DNA of 64,000 nucleotides from Sphingorhabdus sp. (GTDB lineage Bacteria; Pseudomonadota; Alphaproteobacteria; Sphingomonadales; Sphingomonadaceae): NCBI GenBank assembly GCA_036479555.1, contig JAZGFP010000002.1, positions 286,802 to 350,801 of the forward strand, read 5' to 3'. Shown piece by piece: positions 57,647 to 64,000 of this stretch (position 1 is its first letter; each line of letters starts with the position of its first letter). The notes under the pieces were generated by a model. It saw only the letters and a program-made list of their open reading frames with translations, ran no database searches and was not told where the DNA came from. The position numbers and the translations under genes were made by a program.

Positions 57647-58702
57647 TTACGCAAACCACTCCACCCATGCGCCATGCGCTTGTGCTTGGCCGAGCAATGC
57701 GGTTTTTTCCGGGCCCGGCCAATAGCGGATTTTCAGTTCATGCCGGAATGTCTTGCGGTTGGTTTCAAGGCCCATCCACGCCAGCGGCTTTTCCGCCGTT
57801 GCATTTTCGCCCGCGGCAGTGAGCGCGGCGTAAATACGCTGGCGCCGATCTTCGGGGATATATTGCCACACGATGCTGTGATGGAAGACCCGCGTTACGC
57901 CAACCTCTTGCGGCGCAGCGAGGCGCTGCTCTACCCAATCGGCGGCATCGGTCTTGGCAACATCGGGCCTTCGTTCGCACGCCAGTTTGATCGCAGCATC
58001 CATCCGAGCGATACGTTCCGCATTCTCTGGCCAGACATAGCTTTTGACGCGCAATGCTGATGCCGCATCGGAAAGGTCAACCGGCGCTTGGTCGCATCCG
58101 GTTATCGCCGTTATCTCCACCGGATTATCGGGCGGCGGCGGCCCGCGCCATTCAGGCTTGATCTGCATTGGTGAACCCGCTGGCCCGGCCATCACGCCGC
58201 CAAGATCATAGTGATAACGCTCCATCATCGTGTTGATGCCCGCGCTTGCGCCCAGCTCATTCATCTCGAAACGCGCGCCGAGCTTGCCCGATAGCCATTT
58301 TAGCCCGGCCATGAAGCTTGCCGAGCGGCCCGCTTCGTTGGTTTGCGGCGGGCTTTCGAACCATAGCAGCAGTTTCTCGTCATGATCGGCGGTGGTTGCT
58401 GAAACGAGCATATCGACTTCTGCCTGTTCGACGATCTTGCCTGCGTAAACAGGTGCCAGCCGGTCATCGGCCCCGGTCAGCAACAGATGATGGAATCCGC
58501 CCGCAAGCCGTAAGGGCAGGGCATCTTCCAGCGGCTTGCCCGGCCAAGTCGCCAGCCTCTGCCCGCAACGTGTGCCGCCCTGCATCAACGCAAGCTGCGC
58601 GCGCACGATCCTGCCAGTGGCCAAAGCGCCATTTTGTTCGCAATGCTCGGCCTGATGCAGAATACCGGTAGCGATATCGCCAATGTCTAGCAGATCGCCC
58701 AT
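57647..58702 (-). CDS. DUF2332 family protein
   Basis: LRLAGGFH, PQTNEAGR, ELGASAG.N, YVWP, HSIVWQY, AHGAWVEW. Confidence 0.9.
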   Translation of the reverse strand: MGDLLDIGDIATGILHQAEHCEQNGALATGRIVRAQLALMQGGTRCGQRLATWPGKPLEDALPLRLAGGFHHLLLTGADDRLAPVYAGKIVEQAEVDMLVSATTADHDEKLLLWFESPPQTNEAGRSASFMAGLKWLSGKLGARFEMNELGASAGINTMMERYHYDLGGVMAGPAGSPMQIKPEWRGPPPPDNPVEITAITGCDQAPVDLSDAASALRVKSYVWPENAERIARMDAAIKLACERRPDVAKTDAADWVEQRLAAPQEVGVTRVFHHSIVWQYIPEDRRQRIYAALTAAGENATAEKPLAWMGLETNRKTFRHELKIRYWPGPEKTALLGQAQAHGAWVEWFA

Positions 58703-58705
58703 CGC

Positions 58706-59299
58706 TCAACCCTTCTTCAACAGAAATACCGCATGTTCAGCTAGGAAATTCGCCAAGCCGCCGCCGCGCGGTTTGTTGCCTGACAAAAACCATTCGCCTT
58801 CGATGGCAACATTCCGGCTTTTCAGGAAGCTGCGGAAATCATCAATGGTGACATGGTGGATGTTGGGGGTTTCATACCATCCCAGCGGCAGATGCGGAGT
58901 GATCGGCATCCGCCCGCCGAATAATAGCGAGCTGCGCACCCGCCAATAGGCGAAATTGGGGAAGGAAACAAAGGCACGCTCGCCAATTCGTAGCAGATGG
59001 TCCAGCACCTTGTCGGGGCGGTGGGTTGTCTGCAATGTCTGGCTAAGAATTGCATAGTCGAAGCTGTTGTCGGGATAATCGACTAGATCGCTATCGGCAT
59101 CGCCCTGCACGACTGCTAGGCCGCGCGCGACTGCGGAAGAGACATTGGCTGCATCGATCTCTAGCCCGCGGGCATCGGCGCTGTTGTCATCGCGCAAAGC
59201 CGCCATCAATGCTCCATCGCCGCAGCCCACATCAAGTACCCGTGCGCCCTTGCGGACATTGCGGGCGATAATGGCTAAATCGGATCGGAGTTCGGTCAC
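58706..59299 (-). CDS. metW: Methionine biosynthesis protein MetW
   Basis: [32 protein letters not shown]. Confidence 0.96.
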   Translation of the reverse strand: MTELRSDLAIIARNVRKGARVLDVGCGDGALMAALRDDNSADARGLEIDAANVSSAVARGLAVVQGDADSDLVDYPDNSFDYAILSQTLQTTHRPDKVLDHLLRIGERAFVSFPNFAYWRVRSSLLFGGRMPITPHLPLGWYETPNIHHVTIDDFRSFLKSRNVAIEGEWFLSGNKPRGGGLANFLAEHAVFLLKKG

Positions 59300-60450
59300 A
59301 CCGTTTCCCCCGCTCTTAAAAACCCGTCGATGATCCGGTTTAGTTCCGGCGCATCAATCAGGAACGCGTCATGGCCAGAGGGTGAAGACAGTTCGACAAA
59401 ACTGGCGGAAGCTCCGGCTGCGTTGAGTGCACGAACAACATGGCGCGATTCCATTGTTGGATAAAGCCAGTCGCTATCAAAGCTGATAAGGCAAAAGCGC
59501 GTCTTTGTTCCGGCAAATGCCTTGGCCAGCACGCCATCATGCGCTTCGGCGAGATCGAAATAATCCATCGCGCGGGTGATATAGAGATAGCTGTTGGCAT
59601 CAAAGCGGTCGACAAAGCTGATCCCCTGATGGCGCAAATAGCTCTCGACCTGAAAATCAGCTTCAAAGCCGAAGCTCTTGGTGCCTTTTTCTCCGTCGCT
59701 GCGACCCTGCAAACTACGTCCGAATTTTTCGGTCAGGCCGCCTTCCGACATATAGGTGATATGCGCAGCCATCCGCGCGACAGCGAGGCCTTTGTCTGGC
59801 GCAGCGTCGCTGCCATAGTAGCTGCCCCCCTGCCAATTTGCGTCGGCCATGATGGCTTGGCGTCCGACCTCGTGGAAGGCAATATTTTGCGCGCTGTGCC
59901 GCGCGGTAGAGGCAATGATGACTGCCGAAGCCACACGATCTGGATAAAGCGAGGCCCAGCTAAGCGCCTGCATTCCGCCCATCGAACCGCCGATGACAGC
60001 GGCGAGCGTTTCAATGCCGAGATGATCGAGCAATATTGCCTGCGCGCGCACCATATCAGCAATGGTGATAACCGGAAAATCCATGCCATATTGTTTGGCC
60101 GTTGCCGGATCGATACTCGCCGGCCCGGAGGAGCCGAGGCAACTGCCCAGCACATTGATGCAGATCACGCAGTAGCGCGAAGTATCAACCGGCTTACCCG
60201 GCCCAACCATATTTACCCACCAGCCGGGTTTGCCGGTGCCGGGGTGCGGGCTCGCGACATATTGATCCATCGTCAGCGCATGACAGATCAGGATCGCATT
60301 GCTTTTGTCGCCGTTCAGCTCGCCATAGGTTTCATAGGCAAAATCAAGCGGCGCGAACTCGGCCCCGCTATCGAGGCGCACCGGCCCCATCAGCCGCACG
60401 CCCTTATCTAGGCCAAAACGGTCATCAGCATTTTTGGCATCCGCACTCAT
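59296..60450 (-). CDS. metX: Homoserine O-acyltransferase
   Basis: [30 protein letters not shown]. Confidence 0.97.
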   Translation of the reverse strand: MSADAKNADDRFGLDKGVRLMGPVRLDSGAEFAPLDFAYETYGELNGDKSNAILICHALTMDQYVASPHPGTGKPGWWVNMVGPGKPVDTSRYCVICINVLGSCLGSSGPASIDPATAKQYGMDFPVITIADMVRAQAILLDHLGIETLAAVIGGSMGGMQALSWASLYPDRVASAVIIASTARHSAQNIAFHEVGRQAIMADANWQGGSYYGSDAAPDKGLAVARMAAHITYMSEGGLTEKFGRSLQGRSDGEKGTKSFGFEADFQVESYLRHQGISFVDRFDANSYLYITRAMDYFDLAEAHDGVLAKAFAGTKTRFCLISFDSDWLYPTMESRHVVRALNAAGASASFVELSSPSGHDAFLIDAPELNRIIDGFLRAGETV

Positions 60451-60528
60451 ACGCCCTGCAATATCAGCGCGGTTCGTCGATACAATAGCTTATTGGATTT
60501 GCTGCGCGTGGGCGCTAAGGCTGTCTGC

Positions 60529-61626
60529 ATGACATTGCCAACTCCAAAACCATATATCTCCGCTATCCATGCCTATAAGCCGGGCAAAGCCAAAGCCGAT
60601 GATGGCCGCGCACTTATCAAGCTGTCGGCAAATGAAAATCCGCTGGGATGTAGCAGCGATGCGAGCGACGCGCTCGCCGGACAGGCAGGTACAACCGCAC
60701 GCTATCCCGATCCTGCAAGCAATGCGCTGCGCCTCGCGCTTGCCGAAAGCTATGGCCTGGAAAGCGAGCGGATCGTATGCGGCACAGGCTCCGATGAATT
60801 GCTCAATCTTGTCGCGGCTGGCTATGCCGGAGAGGGCGATGAGATCATCCATGTCAATTTCGGTTTCGTGGTTTATGAAATCGCCACGCGCAAGGTGGGG
60901 GCGAAAGTCGTCACCGCGCCCGATGATGATTATGGCACCGACATTGATGCTTTGCTCGCGCTTGTGACCGATAAGACAAGGCTGGTCTATCTTGCCAACC
61001 CAAACAACCCGACGGGCACATACATGGCGAATGCCGACGTTAAGCGGCTGCATGCAGCGCTGCCTGCCGATGTTATTCTTGTGCTCGATCAGGCCTACGG
61101 CGAATATTTGGATGACGATAGCACCGCGGCGTTTGATCTGGCGCGCAACCATGGCAATGTCCTGATTACGCGCACATTCTCCAAAATCTACGGGCTGGCG
61201 GCGGAGCGGATTGGCTGGGCTTACGGACAGCCGCATCTGATCGACACGATTAACCGGATTCGCGGACCATTCAACGTCACAAGCGCAGGCCAGGCCGCAG
61301 CGATTGCGGCGCTTGCAGATCAGGGTTTTGTTAAGGCCAGCCGCACACACAACGCCAAATGGCGGGGCTGGATGACCGGCGAAATATCTGCGCTGTCAAA
61401 TCATGGATTGCGCGCGATACCATCGGCAGCAAATTTCATCTTGATGATTTTCGATGGCGCGGTGAGCGCGGAAACCGCTGACGCGGAGCTGATTGAGGCG
61501 GGCTATGTTGTTCGCAGGCTGGCGGGGCAGGGACTTGGCCATGCGCTGCGCATTACCATCGGCACCGAAGAAGAAAATCGCGGCTTCATGGATGCGCTAC
61601 GCGCGATATTGGAGAAGGCTCGGTGA
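60529..61626 (+). CDS. hisC: Histidinol-phosphate aminotransferase
   Basis: KLSANENP, YPD, GSDEL, NPNNPTG, DQAYGE, RTFSKIYGLA..RIG. Confidence 0.96.
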   Translation: MTLPTPKPYISAIHAYKPGKAKADDGRALIKLSANENPLGCSSDASDALAGQAGTTARYPDPASNALRLALAESYGLESERIVCGTGSDELLNLVAAGYAGEGDEIIHVNFGFVVYEIATRKVGAKVVTAPDDDYGTDIDALLALVTDKTRLVYLANPNNPTGTYMANADVKRLHAALPADVILVLDQAYGEYLDDDSTAAFDLARNHGNVLITRTFSKIYGLAAERIGWAYGQPHLIDTINRIRGPFNVTSAGQAAAIAALADQGFVKASRTHNAKWRGWMTGEISALSNHGLRAIPSAANFILMIFDGAVSAETADAELIEAGYVVRRLAGQGLGHALRITIGTEEENRGFMDALRAILEKAR

Positions 61627-61662
61627 TGGATAAAAAAACCGGTTTAACCTGCACGGCATTTA

Positions 61663-61803
61663 AGCCCCTCTTCTTTAGGGCCTCCCGCAATTGTCCCCCA
61701 GACAATTGCATCTCTCGGCGGGTTGGGGTGGGGCCTGTCCGCCTACATAGCGCCTTGTTGAAACGCCCCACCCCCGGCCCCTCCCCCAAAGGAGAGGGGA
61801 GGA
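61663..61803. repeat. REP doublet (CCCCTC...GGGG / GGGGTGGGG-CCCCACCCC family) with a GCAATTGTC-N5-GACAATTGC hairpin inserted in its left arm
   Basis: Arms read directly; inner hairpin 61687-61709. Confidence 0.7.
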
Positions 61804-61810
61804 TTCTCTG

Positions 61811-62716
61811 ATGCTGCCCTTCTCGCGCGTCGCTATCATCGGCCTCGGCCTTATCGGATCATCGGTGGCGCGCGCCATCGCTGCAAACATGCCCGGTGTG
61901 CGGATCACCGGATATGATGCCGATAAAGATGTGCGGGCACGCGCGCAGTCGTTGGGGTTCTGCAACGACATAGGCGATTTGGCCGGAACCGCCGTGATCG
62001 ACGCCGATCTGGTACTGCTCTGCGTGCCAGTCGGCGCGATGGGCGATGTGGCGGCACAGTTCGCCGCCGACCTACCCGCCGATGCTATCGTCAGCGATGT
62101 CGGCTCTTGCAAGCAAAGCGTATTCGAGGCGCTATCCGCCGCGCTTCCGGGTGCCACCATCATCCCCGCGCATCCCGTCGCCGGCACCGAGAAAAGCGGG
62201 CCTGAAGCGGGTTTTGCCACGCTGTTTAAGGGCCGTTGGTGCATCCTGACCCCTCCCGAAGGCGCTGCAGAAATCGCCATCGAGAAACTCTCGACTTTCT
62301 GGCAGAGGCTTGGCGCAGATGTCGAGATTATGGATGCGCGCCATCATGATATGGTGCTCGCGGTCACCAGCCATTTACCGCATCTGATCGCCTACACAAT
62401 TGTCGGCACCGCCGATGATCTGGAAGAAGTCACTCAGAGCGAGGTCATCAAATATTCCGCAGGCGGCTTCCGCGATTTCACCCGCATTGCAGCATCAGAC
62501 CCGGTCATGTGGCGCGATGTGTTCCTTGCTAACAAGGACGCCGTGCTCGAAATGCTCCAGCGGTTCAGCGAAGACCTCAATGCGCTGCAACGCGCCATCC
62601 GCTACGACAAAGGCGATGATCTGGAAGCACTCTTCACCCGCACCCGCGACATCCGCCGCTCGATAGTCGAGCAGGGACAGGATGATGATGCACCGGACTT
62701 TGGGCGGAAGCATTAA
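61811..62716 (+). CDS. tyrA: Prephenate/arogenate (cyclohexadienyl) dehydrogenase
   Basis: IIGLGLIGSS, SDVGS, HPVAGTE, HDMVLA..SHLPH, GGFRDFTRIA. Confidence 0.96.
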   Translation: MLPFSRVAIIGLGLIGSSVARAIAANMPGVRITGYDADKDVRARAQSLGFCNDIGDLAGTAVIDADLVLLCVPVGAMGDVAAQFAADLPADAIVSDVGSCKQSVFEALSAALPGATIIPAHPVAGTEKSGPEAGFATLFKGRWCILTPPEGAAEIAIEKLSTFWQRLGADVEIMDARHHDMVLAVTSHLPHLIAYTIVGTADDLEEVTQSEVIKYSAGGFRDFTRIAASDPVMWRDVFLANKDAVLEMLQRFSEDLNALQRAIRYDKGDDLEALFTRTRDIRRSIVEQGQDDDAPDFGRKH

Positions 62717-62794
62717 GTGTATTGGCCGCAGAGAGTGAAATTTTATATCGAAGATGCTGTTGCACTCGAAGTAATATTATGGCTTATGCATCTT

Positions 62795-62888
62795 ATGCAA
62801 AATAAACTGGCTCTATCGCTGCTTCTACGACTTACGCGCCCTTAGGCGCACGCTTGCTGCGGATATTGCCGCACTACCCGCCTAAGGG
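62795..62888 (+). promoter_or_regulatory. Putative leucine-sensing leader peptide (MQNKLALSLLLRLTRP, 62795-62845) plus overlapping hairpin upstream of leuA
   Basis: 6 Leu in 16 codons incl. two CTA; stop lies in the 5' arm of CCCTTAGGCG / CGCCTAAGGG (62839-62888). Confidence 0.75.
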
Positions 62889-62926
62889 TTTCCAAAATAG
62901 CAAAGTTCCTTCAAAAGAGGCCGTAG

Positions 62927-64000
<1,074 letters not shown>

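Noticed and set aside
60420-60475. SAM-II-like riboswitch fragment before metX (CGCGCTGAT..TTGCA..GGCG)
   Set aside because: P1 is mismatched, the loop is too short and the expected 3' GCUAAA element would fall inside the CDS; an Rfam/Infernal scan would be decisive

Overview
Chromosomal segment of an alphaproteobacterium, most likely Sphingomonadales (inferred from gene content, protein style and palindromic repeat families). The backbone is housekeeping: acnA (5' part), crcB-rluA-PaiB-HAD-ATP12, gmk, a CPA2 antiporter, fumC-sspB, hisBHAF, groESL (sigma32-like promoter plus CIRCE), phoR-pstSCAB-phoU-phoB with a triple Pho box, cysS, cobS/cobT, PBP1A, bolA, metXW, hisC-tyrA and leuA (5' part) with a Leu-rich leader. 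Four accessory elements stand out. (1) An AT-richer, translationally coupled operon DUF5131 (Cx6Cx2C) - TcmP-like methyltransferase fold - FTCD-C cyclodeaminase-like protein, a candidate nucleic-acid-modification or defence system. (2) Two divergent, oppositely oriented copies of an apparently uncharacterised five-gene cassette (7.2-9.6 kb and 15.3-19.0 kb): membrane-tethered LuxR-type HTH, ~115-120-aa 'MLNER' helical protein, 4-5-TM protein, RadC/JAB-domain protein, and an HTH-like/TM/TPR receptor that is cut down to a stand-alone N-terminal domain in copy 1. This is the best candidate for an undescribed signalling system. (3) A bufferin-type RiPP cluster (DUF2282-DUF692-DUF2063-DoxX-ECF sigma-NrsF) with an exact GTAACC-N16-CGAA promoter. 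(4) Many REP-like palindromes, some nested, plus an agmatine-deiminase pseudogene and a DUF559 remnant. No tRNA, rRNA, CRISPR array, integrase or intact transposase was seen. All family assignments are from motif recognition by eye; no database search was run.
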